A stretch of 47,956 nucleotides of DNA from Phoronis australis (lineage: Eukaryota > Animalia > Phoronida), in NCBI GenBank assembly GCA_002633005.1, contig NMRA01000288.1, positions 23,776 through 71,731 of the forward strand. The letters are read 5' to 3'. Of this stretch, positions 1 to 10,675 are shown one piece after another (within the stretch, counting starts at the first letter, position 1; every line of letters starts with the position of its first letter). Both the position numbers and the translations under genes were made by a program. Under the pieces are notes generated by a model. It did not search any database and had not been told where the DNA came from. It saw only the letters and a list, made by a program, of their open reading frames with translations.

Positions 1-642
1 AAAAAGTTGAGTTCACGATTTTGGGAACTGAAATAGGGACTGCTCGAAGAAAAAGTTTCATAACGGGAGTATTTGTTCGAGTTGGAAGGAATTAAACACA
101 TCGACAACCTCCTAAGGTGTTCCTCTATGCGCAAAAGGTATTTGTAACAACGTGACTTTGATGGTTTAGTCGGTGCGAGGCATAATTCGCCGAAAAGCTT
201 CCGGCGTACAGAGCGCCTATAGCCTCTACATCGCCTCTGCTTCGGGCGAACAGAGGCGATGGTCATTGCCTACCATCAGGCCAGCTCCACCTCCACGATG
301 TCAGTAACGCTGTTGCCATCCAGCCAGCGTCTCGTATCCAGAAGAAGATCAAGCACACCACCTCTACCACCACCGGCCTACCAGGTCCTGCCCACCAACA
401 ACAGCAAGGACAGAAGGCGAGATCCTCCGATCTCGCGAAGCTGTCTGAGGGCTTCGCCCTCATCTACTCTCTCACGGACAGATTATTCACGCGGCGAAAG
501 CGACAAAGCACATGATTGGTGCGAAGCGCCACCTGTTTGTGGTAAGGTGGTCAAAACCGGAAACCATGGGCTTAGATTTTTGGCATGCGCGACCGGATGT
601 TTTGACTTACGAAGCGCGAAAGACGTCGTGACGTGTTTGGCT

Positions 643-793
643 GGGAATTTTTGCCATGTTTTTTCAGGCCGTCTTCACGAAACAATAAGATAGCACGGAG
701 AATTCCCGTCTATGGGAATTTACAACTATATTTAGCAGAATGCGTCATGTGATCATGGAGCATTCTGGAAAGGGAATGAGTCAGGGTATAAAA
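643..793 (+). promoter_or_regulatory. Core/proximal promoter of IL-1-like gene A
   Basis: TATAAAA 787-793, exact AP-1 TGAGTCA 777-783, CRE-like TGCGTCA 741-747, kB-like GGGAATTTAC 714-723, GGGAATTCTCC (minus strand) 697-707 and GGGAATTTTT 643-652; ATG 36 nt after the TATA box. Confidence 0.7.
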
Positions 794-828
794 ACGACGA
801 GAACTTGGCATCGGGGCTTACTATTAAA

Positions 829-853
829 ATGGCACATTGTGGCTTGTGGACAT
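829..853 (+). CDS. Gene A exon 1 (MAHCGLWT), phase-1 donor
   Basis: aaaATGG start context downstream of the TATA box; donor T|gtgagt; in frame with exon 2. Confidence 0.65.
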
Positions 854-3800
854 GTGAGTATGAAGTAAACGTAGAAGTTCATCTTTTGCGTCAATCAATT
901 TTGTGATGCTTTTTGGTCCTGTGGCCACCAGTAGTCTGCTACGTAGGTTCTGTTTCGAAAAAAGTGATGCCTTTAGTGATGGGAAGCTGAAGTCAGGAAG
1001 TGTCACACAACTGCAAAATAATTAAATCTCACATTAGAAAACGCACAGTAAAATCTCATAAGTTTAGGACACCTAATGCCGGACAATTGAGGTTTTAATT
1101 GTATTTTTTCATTAAAGATAAGTAGCACCAAATCAATGCTTCATCATTCAAAAGCTATCATTTGACAATGTTGTGAGGAATTTGGGTGTTCACAGCAGTG
1201 AAGACATTAAAAAAGATCAATTTCGTATGACATCTACTAGATCTAGCAAATTCTTTTAACCTCTACTTGCTGAGATAACTTATTATTAAGCTTTGACTTT
1301 TAGTATGATTTACTATTTATTGACTGACTGCCCTTTTTTGGTTTAGTCATGGTTAAACTTTATTTTATTCAGTACTGGTAATTGTTGACGATGTATTTGC
1401 ATGCTCCTAACTATGCTAATGTATAACTGAATGACAATGGTATTTGAACATCAGTCTATGCTAAATGAAGTGCAGTTGTATTCATTGAGTACTTGTAAAT
1501 GTGCCCAAAGAATTCTGCGAGTAGGTGATCTTTGCACTAATGGCATACCTTGGGGACTCACATAACCCAGATCATGCAGTGTTCTTCCCAACACCACGTG
1601 ACAATACATACTGGACACGGTTGACTGATTTACAGCGGATCATTTTTGACTCAAAACTCGTTCTTAAAAACATTTGGCAATTTTCAACCTACTTCATGTT
1701 CACATTGTCGCAAGATGTTTTTTGCTAACTAATATGACGAAGTAATCACAAAGATAAGATTGAAATTAGCATGCAACTTCCACTCTAAGTGAGACAATTT
1801 TCAGTCTTTAAGTCTTCTAAGTCACTTATCAAGGGCGCATTCAATAATACTGAGAGAGTAGAATTCACTAGCTGTGTTGCGGCAAGAAAAATCTAGCCAG
1901 TTGCGCTCTCATTGAAAATACACGGCACTATCTCTCGTCCCAAATTTGAGGCATTGACTCGAGGGCTCTGATTGGGTAGTCATTCTTGCCAATTTAGAAG
2001 CCTTTGCAACATTAATTTCAATCTCATTACAGGCATTTAAAGTTTGAGGATTGCTACCAATCAAGCTTTCTTTCTTTCAAGATTTACATGTCTAATTGTA
2101 ATTGATATCTGTCAAATAAATTTGAGTTGAAACTGTTTTAATTTTAGTCGTTCCAAATTTTCTTAGGTTGTCAAAGACCCAAACAAATAGTGGACATCAA
2201 TATTGTGAGACTGTCATGTCGATGTGTTTCATATCGAAAGGGAATAAATAACAATAGGAAGGTAAGTACAGTATTATTCTAGACATTGATTTAAAATTTT
2301 TTTTGCTAGATAGTTTCTAAACATGCATTCCGTATCACATGAGACTTTCCTGACACTTGAAGCAATAAATATATCATTCTTCACTTAAATCAATACAGCA
2401 ATACAGAATAAGGAAATTTTACTTACATTGTTCTCCCGTAGTTCAACACTCTCCGGCGGCCATTTTGCTATTATGTGGTAGCGAAGGTGCAAACTTTCTT
2501 GCAAAACACTCTGTCATCTTTCACCCACGTGATCTTGCATGGTGTCGTCAAATTTTTGAGAAACACGATCAATGAACGGCATCCCAGTCAATTTAACCTA
2601 AAGCTTTCATACACAAAATGTCCATCATGGCAATGGTGTTTGGAAATGTAATGTTCAGTATGCTTCAATTAAATGTGCGTGCAGAATTGTTTTGAAATAA
2701 TTATTTTACCCATCAGTTTACAGATGTATAGTAGCATAGAACTTTTTACACTTCAGTTTGTTTAAAATCTCACCAATTTAGGACACTCTTATGGTGTACA
2801 AGGGAAATTTTACTTTCTCATTTTTTTCGTAAAAATGTGTAGCATCAAATTAATGCTTTGCTGTGTTCAAGTTCTGAAGCATAGCTATCATCAGAAAATA
2901 TTTTATTATTTTTGTCCGAATTTGGTTATCATTTAACGTCAGTATTAATGGTGGCCTACTATAGTTGTATATCAAATTGATACAAGTGATGTAGAAATTG
3001 CATAATGTTCACTTGGTACATCAACTTATAAACATGACAATAATTAGAAAGACAATTTGGATTATTTCGCTATTTCCTGTAAGGTACTTTACTAATGTTG
3101 TAAATGACATTATTAAAAATATTGTTGAGAGGATTTATGGTTTTGTTTGTAAACTTAAACAAAAAAATCATGCAATTCTGTGATGTAGCATTATTGAGAT
3201 TTAATTTTTATAGAGTATTTTAAATTATGTTTTGATGGCAATGCTATGAGAGTAATAGGTTTAGTGTCCAAAATTTAATTGAATTTCTAGACTATTTTGA
3301 GAAGAAAATGTGAAATCTAGATATTTGGTAAAGTGCACAGACTTGGTTTTACTTCATTTCTTGTTAAATGAGTTGCTGCAGGAAGATAGACTATAATTAA
3401 GGAAAGTTTTAAAGGTGTGGATGTTCTCCATATGTTTGAAATGTAGGGAGTTCACCATCAAGATGTGAAGACAATACATGTAGAATGTTGCATGTTCGTA
3501 TTGACACCACTGGCTTGATTTCTTTCAGGATGTGACAGAAAATAGAGAAACTACTGTTAAGTTCACCAAGGAACAAAGTAAGTTTTGTTGTGAACGTAAC
3601 ATGAACAATGAACCATGGTTAGTGAAAACCCTTCAGTTTTTTAGCCTTGGTTATAAGCTATAAATCAGCTGCTGAAATTTCAAAACTCATTGTGAACATT
3701 TTTTCTACACAGGCTTTAAAAATATATAAGTTTCATCATTGTTCTTTATACTGCTTAAAACACAGAACATACAGGCTGGAATTCTCCACTTTTTTATAGC

Positions 3801-6800
3801 AAACAATTATGTCAACAATTGAAAGTCTTGTCAAATTTGTCAACAAAAATAAAGATTAAGAAAATGTTTGTTTGTGTCTATCATGGTTTCTAGTGTGTAT
3901 GGTAATTTTTCCACTATTTGCAGTATTGTGACCAATCAGTCTTTGAGAAATGGAAAAATTATAATTTTTGTGCAAACTTCTTAAGTGGTGAATTACCGTA
4001 CGTTTCCAGAATGGGCAATCACATACTAAAAAAGGCAATCCTACCATAATTGTCCTGCTAAGTGATTTTATGGCTTTATTTTTCCTTTTTGGGACATTAT
4101 ACACTGTGATGCATAAGTTTGGTATTTGTTTTACTTTTCTGATGAAAACTGCAACAAACAAAATTGTGGTCCAAAAAAGAAATAAAGTGACACCAAAAAG
4201 TTGTGATTGATTTCAGCTCTGTTATTGATACGCGTTTCAGATGACCATATCACTCTCCTTTTTGCAGCAAAATAAAAGCTGGACCCCATTAATATTATGC
4301 AATACCGTATTCATCAATTTAATTTCTCCTCCCATTACTTGGCCTGTATTTCCTCCTCCAGACTGTAGACATTTAACTTAGACCGCTGAAGATAAGTGTA
4401 CTACGTGGAACATTTGGTTTTAAGTGTGTAAGTGTAGGACTACTGTTTTATTTGGCTCTTTTATTCACTTTCGTGTCCCTTCTTAAAAAGCGTTTGAAAA
4501 ACGTCAGATAACAACATGAGCCTTTGTCTTGCTCCAAAATTTGTTTGCTGTTCTCAGGGATGGTGTGCTTTTGCAGGTAGGGCAACAATAATTGAAAAAA
4601 TGGATGTATCAGAGTATCGCAACATTAGGAGCACAGAAGACTTGAAGCGTGTCACCTCTGAAGTAGATGTCCTTGAAGGTGACCAGCATCATATTATGCA
4701 GTGGTCGAAGAACAGAATCCATATGAAGACTTTAGAAAACACAGGCAGGCTACAAAATTGTAAGTGGATTTTTACCTTTAGATGTTAAAAAATTAACTTT
4801 GAGACATTCTGTTGTTATTCTGTCATATAATCTCTACACAAACGGTGTTTTCTGATAATTTTTGGCTCACCCTGTACAGTGTTTGCTTTCCTTTTTTACA
4901 GACTTGTTTGTTCTGGAAGTGTATCGTGGCTGGGACGTAACTGATGGCGATAACAAATATTTCTGTGCAATCCGTGTATACAAAGCAAACAAAATGAAGA
5001 GACATCAGTATCTGATGTGTACTCAAGAGAAAAAAGTGGCTTTAAAAGTAAGTAAAGATCGCACGATAATACTACACCCCTTCTTATCAGCCAAACTATA
5101 AAACTTTATGGTGAAAATTTCTAGATGTGTAGGATTTAACATTTTTTGCCACCTAGTGGCCATTTTTATGCGCCCACATATTTATATGTGGTCACATTAT
5201 GCCGTCATCTCCGTCCGTCCAGGTGGCGTCCGCTGCTCTATCTCCAAAACCGATTGAGTTATGTTCATGAAATTTTACACACATGTGTTTCTTTCATAGA
5301 TGGGACTGCGAGAGCAAATTTTCGAACGGGTCCGACTACCGGTGTGCCCCCTAGTGGCAATTTTCGTTTTTTACGTTTACCTCTGTATCTTCAAAGGTCT
5401 TCAACATATTTTCATAAAATTTGGTATGCAGGCATCTATTAGTGCGTTTTCGGATTGATTCGACATAGTTTGCGCCACCTAGTAGCAATTTTTACTATTT
5501 TCGAGACTGTTTTTTGATGTCCACCCCTCTGTCAACCAAACCGCTCTAAGCATGATTGTGAAAATTGGCATGTATGTTCTTCCTATGAAGAGGATGGTTG
5601 ACGATGATTTTCTGATGACTTCGACTACTGTGGCGCCTCCTAGTGGCAGTTTTTTTGCACTTATGGCTATATCTCTTAAACCATTTGCAGCATCTTTATT
5701 AAATTTAGTAAGTGCATTTACATGATGCTGACAATGGACGGCGACGACTTTCGGACAGATCTAATTTCTGGTGTGCCACCTAGTGGCAGTTTTATTTTTT
5801 TACGTTTACCTCTGTATCGTCCAAAATCCTCAACGTACTTTCATCACCTTTGGCGTGCAGGTTTCTGTTAGTGAAGTGACGCTATATTTTTGTTTTTAGA
5901 TGGATTCAACCTAGTTTGCTCCACCAAGTGTCCCTTTTTACTCTTTTAATTTTTTTATTTTGGCGTCCACCACTCTATCAACCAAACCCCTCTCAAGATA
6001 ATTGTGAAAATTGGCATGTATGTTTTTACTATGAAGTGGACGGCTGATGAGGATTTTCCAATTACCTTGACTACTGTGGCGCCTCCTAGTGGCAGTTTTG
6101 TTTTCTGCGCCCATGGCTGTATGTCCCAAACTGTTTGCAGGATCTTAACTAAATTTAAGAAGTGTGTTTATATGATGTTGACAACGGACGACGATGATTT
6201 TGGGATGAATCTGACTACTTTTATGCCCCCTGGTGGCAATTTTAGCTTTACGTTCACCTACACCTTCAAAGGTCCTCAACAGATTTTCATAAAATTTTGA
6301 ACACGGGCATCTATTGGTGAGATGACGCTATCCTCCCATTTTTGGATGGAATCATGGTACTTTGCGGCACCTAGTGGCCAATTTTTGCTGTTTTTGAGTC
6401 TGTTTTTTGGCATCTACCTCTCTATCAACCAAATCGTTCTAAGGATGGTTTTGAAAATTGGCGTATACGTTCTCAGCGTGAAGAGGACGGTTGATGATGA
6501 CGACTTTAACTACTCTGGCGCCTCCTAGTGGTAGTTTTGTTTTGTTTTGCGCCCATAGCTGCAACTCCTAAACCCACTGCAGGATCTTTATTAATTTAGT
6601 AATTGTATTCATATGAAGCTAACAACACACTGTGACGATTTTCAGGCAGATCCAATGAACACTGTGCCCCCTAGTGGCAATTTCATTTTATCCTGTTTTC
6701 CTTTATTTCTCTTAAGTTCCATAACAGATTTCTATGAAATTTTGGTCTATAGCTTTCTACTAAAGAAGCAATGACATTTTCCCTTTTTCGGACAGATTGT

Positions 6801-9195
6801 ATGTTTTTGCGCCATCTAGTGGCTATTTTTATGACACAAATAAGCAATCCTAAAAGCACACCATTTGCAATGCACCAAACTGCTTCAAGCGGATCATTGG
6901 GACAATTTCCAGATGTGTTCCTGCTAAGAAGGCTACTCAGGTGATGTTGATGTTCAGATGAAGCCCACTACTGTGTGACGAACCCTGGCAACAATGTTAT
7001 CCAATGAATGAACAGATCACGGCTGCCTCTATATCTTTGGATTTTCATGAAATTTTCCAAATAGTTTTTTAAGAAAATGACGACACCTTTCTGTTTTTTA
7101 CAGGTTTGACATATTCTGCTCAAACTAGTGGCCATTTTTATTGCTATTAAATTCCCCTAGAAGTCTGTCATTGGCGGTGCAGTCTGGAGTGCATTTCAAT
7201 TTTCCATTTATTTTCTTTCAAATTTGTTTTTGATTTGAATTTAAGCACAATGTAATTCAATACATCACTAAGATTTTACATTGTGAGCTGTTTTCTTACA
7301 AATTTTAAATGGTAAACTCCAATATGTGCACTTTCTGTCTGGCAAAAAGTGAAATAGTTAATCACATTTATAATGTGAAATGTAATACTGATGGAAGAAT
7401 TTTGCAATTGGGTGTTGTCTGAAAAAGGCATTCATTTGATTTGAGACAAAAAATATGATTTCGGTGCACTGATCAAAAACGAAGTTTCAAATTGGGTTGT
7501 GTCATAGTTTGAATATTTTATACAATGTTACTATTATACTATGAAAATATTCCTAATTTCAATTATTTTCTTAAAATAACAGTGAGAGAATTTTTCATCC
7601 AAATATGCATTTTGTTAAAAAATGTAGTTTAGACTAGTACCACGTATTTTGGAGCAACTGGTTAAAAAAACTTTTCAGACAACTCGCAATATGGATTGAG
7701 CACGTGTTTGTCTGTATCATTTTTTGTCTTTGCTCATTTTTATGTTTCTTTATTTCAATGAAATTATGTGAAAAGAAAGTTTTTTCCTCTTGGGATACTA
7801 GTTTATCAAGAATTTCTCTTGGTTATTTCAGAAAACTATATTCAAGTTAAATAGCACGAATGTCAAGAATCCAGATCCCACACTGTTTCTGCTGAAAGAA
7901 TGGTCTGGCATCTCTTTCTTTGAGTCAGCAAAGCACCCTGGTGAGTAAAAAAATTCTTTAATTTGGAACAAAATCGCAAAAATCGCCATATTTCTATTTT
8001 CAGAGGCGTACCATACATTGTTGTAGATGCTCAAAATTTTACCAGTGACAGTCATGTTGTTTCGTAGTAGCTATGTCATACAAACTATGCTAAAACCAAA
8101 GCAAACTGTCACGAGAAGTGACTTTTGTTGGGAACTTTGACAAAATTAAATTTCACCTTTTCACAATATTGTGTCTCAAACTGAAAAATTTTCCCGTAAA
8201 GGACAAGAGTGTTATTTTATGATTTTCCATCTTCATTCCTCAAACTCTGTGAATATACCTCTTGTCACTGAATCACATTGGTGAAGTAGAATTCCAAATC
8301 CAAGAGACATGATGACGATGATGATGATGACGATGATGATGATGATGACGATGATGATGATGATGATGATGATATTAAAATGTAGATAAAACATAAATCC
8401 AGATGACTGAGTTATACTGGATAATACTGATAAGAATTTTGTAGTTGTCCATATTTTCACAAAGAAAAACTCTCCAGATGTCAGCTGAAATGCGTCGTAA
8501 TCCTTTTATTTTCCCCAGTGCCACCTGTTGGATGTTATCAACAAGACCGTACATTTAGCCCAAAGTGTACAAAATTCTACTCTAAACTCTGCAAATCTGC
8601 CATCGATTAGGTCTGGTGACCCTGATTTTCTGATAAAATTTTGTGAAAAAAAACTAAAAAAGATACATTCATAGCACAACAGGATCAATAACATGAGCCA
8701 ATTTTATATGATACAAATGTTCAAGATGAAATATCAAAAACGCTGTAACAGTTTCTTAAATTAACGTTTACTTTTTGTTTGATGCAACTTTAATTTTTTT
8801 CATAGAAATCGTGTAAGTCCTGTTTTTTGATTGACAGCCACTCATGCAAAAATGGAATATTTTAAAAACAGTTCCCTTCAGGGTTTTGGAGAACAGTGTG
8901 TAAAGCATACATGTAGTACCTGAAAGTTCTGTGTGAATGTTACTGGTCATTTTTGAGATCTGATGTTGCAAGTTGCCGGCTTTGAAGCACAGGTCTCAGA
9001 ATGAGTCCGGTGCAGTCTTCACCCAATGCCTCATAGTATACATCTTCTCTGGGTATCTTTGCAGGTTTCTATCTCGCCCATAATCAAGAAGGCTCCGTAT
9101 ATTTAAAGAAAGTCGGTACTGAGTCAACGCCGTTCTCTGTTTTGGAAGACATTCCTGAGATACAGTTTAATGTACAGAAGGAAACTCAGCTCTAA
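829..9195 (+). CDS. Gene A: IL-1-superfamily-like beta-trefoil cytokine, 7 coding exons, 245 aa
   Basis: Exons 829-853, 2167-2261, 3529-3577, 4577-4759, 4902-5047, 7832-7940, 9065-9195. All introns are GT-AG with compatible phases; total 738 nt with no internal stop. Protein: MAHCGLWTCCQRPKQIVDINIVRLSCRCVSYRKGINNNRKDVTENRETTVKFTKEQSRATIIEKMDVSEYRNIRSTEDLKRVTSEVDVLEGDQHHIMQWSKNRIHMKTLENTGRLQNYLFVLEVYRGWDVTDGDNKYFCAIRVYKANKMKRHQYLMCTQEKKVALKKTIFKLNSTNVKNPDPTLFLLKEWSGISFFESAKHPGFYLAHNQEGSVYLKKVGTESTPFSVLEDIPEIQFNVQKETQL. It matches the IL-1 signature F-x-S-A-x2-P-x2-Y-L-A-T-x7-L with one mismatch (H for T). Confidence 0.85.
1605..1725 (-). repeat. Dispersed ~120-bp repeat, inverted copy of 40230-40345
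   Basis: Reverse complement gcgacaatgtgaacatgaagtaggttgaaaattgccaaatg...aaccgtgtccagta matches gcgaccatgtgaatttgaagtaggttgaaatttgtcaaatg...aaccgtgtccagta. Confidence 0.75.
2167..2261 (+). CDS. Gene A exon 2 (CQRPKQIVDINIVRLSCRCVSYRKGINNNRK)
   Basis: Acceptor ttttcttag|, donor AAG|gtaagt, 95 nt open; the RLxCRC motif recurs in a 95-nt gene C exon. Confidence 0.75.
3529..3577 (+). CDS. Gene A exon 3 (DVTENRETTVKFTKEQ)
   Basis: Acceptor tttctttcag|, donor |gtaagt, phase 0 to 1. Confidence 0.75.
4577..4759 (+). CDS. Gene A exon 4 (end of pro-region and first trefoil strands)
   Basis: Acceptor ttttgcag|, donor |gtaagt; HIMQWSKNRIHM aligns with HVMTFSEDKIQM in gene C. Confidence 0.88.
4902..5047 (+). 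CDS. Gene A exon 5 (YLFVLEVY...AIRV...YLMC...VALK)
   Basis: Acceptor ccttttttacag|, donor |gtaagt, phase 1 to 0; equivalent to vertebrate IL-1beta exon 6 (V|VFSMSF...YLSC...LQLE). Confidence 0.9.
5145..7200 (+). mobile_element. Non-autonomous element with internal tandem array (Helentron/HINE-like), copy 1
   Basis: Starts TTTTTATGCGCCCAC, then a short ccgt/gtcc microsatellite, then ~148-bp subunits each with a GCC(A/C)CCTAGTGG-type motif and a ~445-bp higher-order period; related copies at 11820-13037 and 30383-32720. Confidence 0.65.
7200..7780 (+). mobile_element. Degenerate 3' fragment of an L1/Tx1-type LINE
   Basis: Broken frame KILH...NSNMCTFCLAKSEIVNHI resembles the CxxC...E...H zinc knuckle at the end of L1/Tx1 ORF2. 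Confidence 0.5.
7832..7940 (+). CDS. Gene A exon 6 (KTIFK...LFLLKEWSGISFFESAKHP-G)
   Basis: Acceptor ttatttcag|, donor G|gtgagt, 109 nt, same length as the gene C counterpart. Confidence 0.9.
8309..8373. repeat. (GAT)n microsatellite with GAC interruptions
   Basis: Direct reading; lies in gene A intron 6. Confidence 0.95.
9065..9195 (+). CDS. Gene A terminal exon (GFYLAHNQEGSVYLKK...IQFNVQKETQL*)
   Basis: Acceptor atctttgcag|, stop TAA 9193-9195; homologous exons at 16944-17071 (-) and 34850-34959 (+). Confidence 0.9.
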
Positions 9196-9744
9196 CAATT
9201 TGCCTTTCTAGACATGTTCAATGTTATCACTAGATTTATTTGGACTAGATTTATTTGGACACAACTATTAAAGTTTTAACTGCACTAAAAGCTGCCAAGG
9301 GTTGCTGTTCTAAACCCAATTCCTCACTCAGACCGGTTGGAAGCTATCAATATTTTAGTTATGATATAAATATTATGTTGTTTTCAAAGTTTAGCTAAAT
9401 ATTTTGTTATCTGTCCACACTTTTTCATTATATGAATGGACAATTTTTTGTTTTGACAATTAGCTATTGTTACTAGGAAAATGATATTTTGTCTTATGAC
9501 TTTTACTTTGTTTTATATGGAGTAGGCTTATTGATTATGAGGATGTTTGAATCCAGACTGTGGTCTGTTCTATCTCGCTTGTATGAGGGATTCTTTTTGT
9601 GAGGAGTTGGCATAAGCATTAGATCTATTTATTTTTCGCATCTTGTTTTCATAGGTTTTGTTGTCAGTATTACTTTTAACTAAACTGTGCATAGTATTTT
9701 TATTTACTGTGCATAATATTCTTATTATTAAGATCTTAAATTAT

Positions 9745-9750
9745 AATAAA
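9745..9750 (+). other. Candidate polyadenylation signal of gene A
   Basis: AATAAA about 550 nt after the stop, following a U-rich stretch with several ATTTA pentamers. Confidence 0.4.
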
Positions 9751-10675
9751 TCTGAAAAAAGAATGTTGATATAGTTTATTTACAAGAAACAAAGCATTCT
9801 TGAGAACATTCATTTGGTAAATGGGGTATGTGGGTCATCCCGTAATTTGGAGTCGAGGCACAAACCACAGTAAAGTTCTTCCATTTGGGTTCATTCATTT
9901 TTTGGATTTTGTACTTTGTTCAGTCTAGGGTGATGTTTAGGGCAGATACAATGTTGTCAATTACAAAATTGCGGAACAAGAATTCATGTTACTCCATCAT
10001 TCTATACATTCAAAATGTAACCAGGACACAAACCGAATTTGTACCTTGTATTAATTCAGAACTCCCCTTTAGCCAATCCACGTATTCTTTATGCTGGACA
10101 CTTGGTCGTAATTAAAGTTTCCTGCACAAGAAACGGAAAAATCGTGTACTCCACGAAACTTCAGATAACCCATAATATGGATTTTTAGTGGAGGTTCAGG
10201 TTATATTTAAGTTAGGTGAAAAAGTAGCCCAGTTGACAAATATCCTCGGAAGGATAAGAATATGTCATTTAAAAGTACAATTGGCCTGTGGCTAATTTCC
10301 AAATTTTTCCAGATATCTGGAACTTGGGAAAAAGTGTACAGGGATAATTGTATGAACAGTATTCGCTGTGCTGTTTTTTGTGGCGAGATACGGCCTTCGC
10401 TCGATTTAAGCGCCCGGTTTTGAAAAGTGCCCGGGTCTGGAATTAAACAGCTCGATCCAAAATTAATGCCGTTGTCGTAGAAGTCCTACCTGAATGTATA
10501 TGAGGGACAACATTCGAGCACCGCCAACGGGTTCTTAAACGAGACAATTTTACAGTCAGTACAATGTCAACAACGCCATAACTCACGTGCTGAGACAATG
10601 ACTGAATTCTTTCTTTTCCCGCCCAACCACCAGGAAGCTGAAAAATACACCCGAGACCGTGCACCTCCCTCCCCC

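Noticed and set aside
259-693. 144-aa plus-strand ORF
   Set aside because: No recognisable domain; overlaps the gene A promoter; likely a chance ORF in a GC-richer patch.
824-1010. Minus-strand exon-like ORF (…VTLPDFSFP…NVPF*), with a possible first exon near 2427-2470
   Set aside because: Antisense to gene A exon 1/intron 1, no homology recognised, and the candidate intermediate exon is a dispersed repeat.
5145-7200. CRISPR-like array
   Set aside because: Eukaryotic context; the 'spacers' are themselves homologous repeats and there are no cas genes.
8233-8460. Poly-Ile membrane-like ORF
   Set aside because: Translation of the (GAT)n microsatellite.
4577-9195. FGF, fascin or ricin-B lectin as the identity of the trefoil
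   Set aside because: No FGF C-x-F-x-E motif or lectin QxW repeats, and only a single domain. The signature, pro-region and intron pattern fit IL-1 better. A profile search is still needed to exclude these formally.
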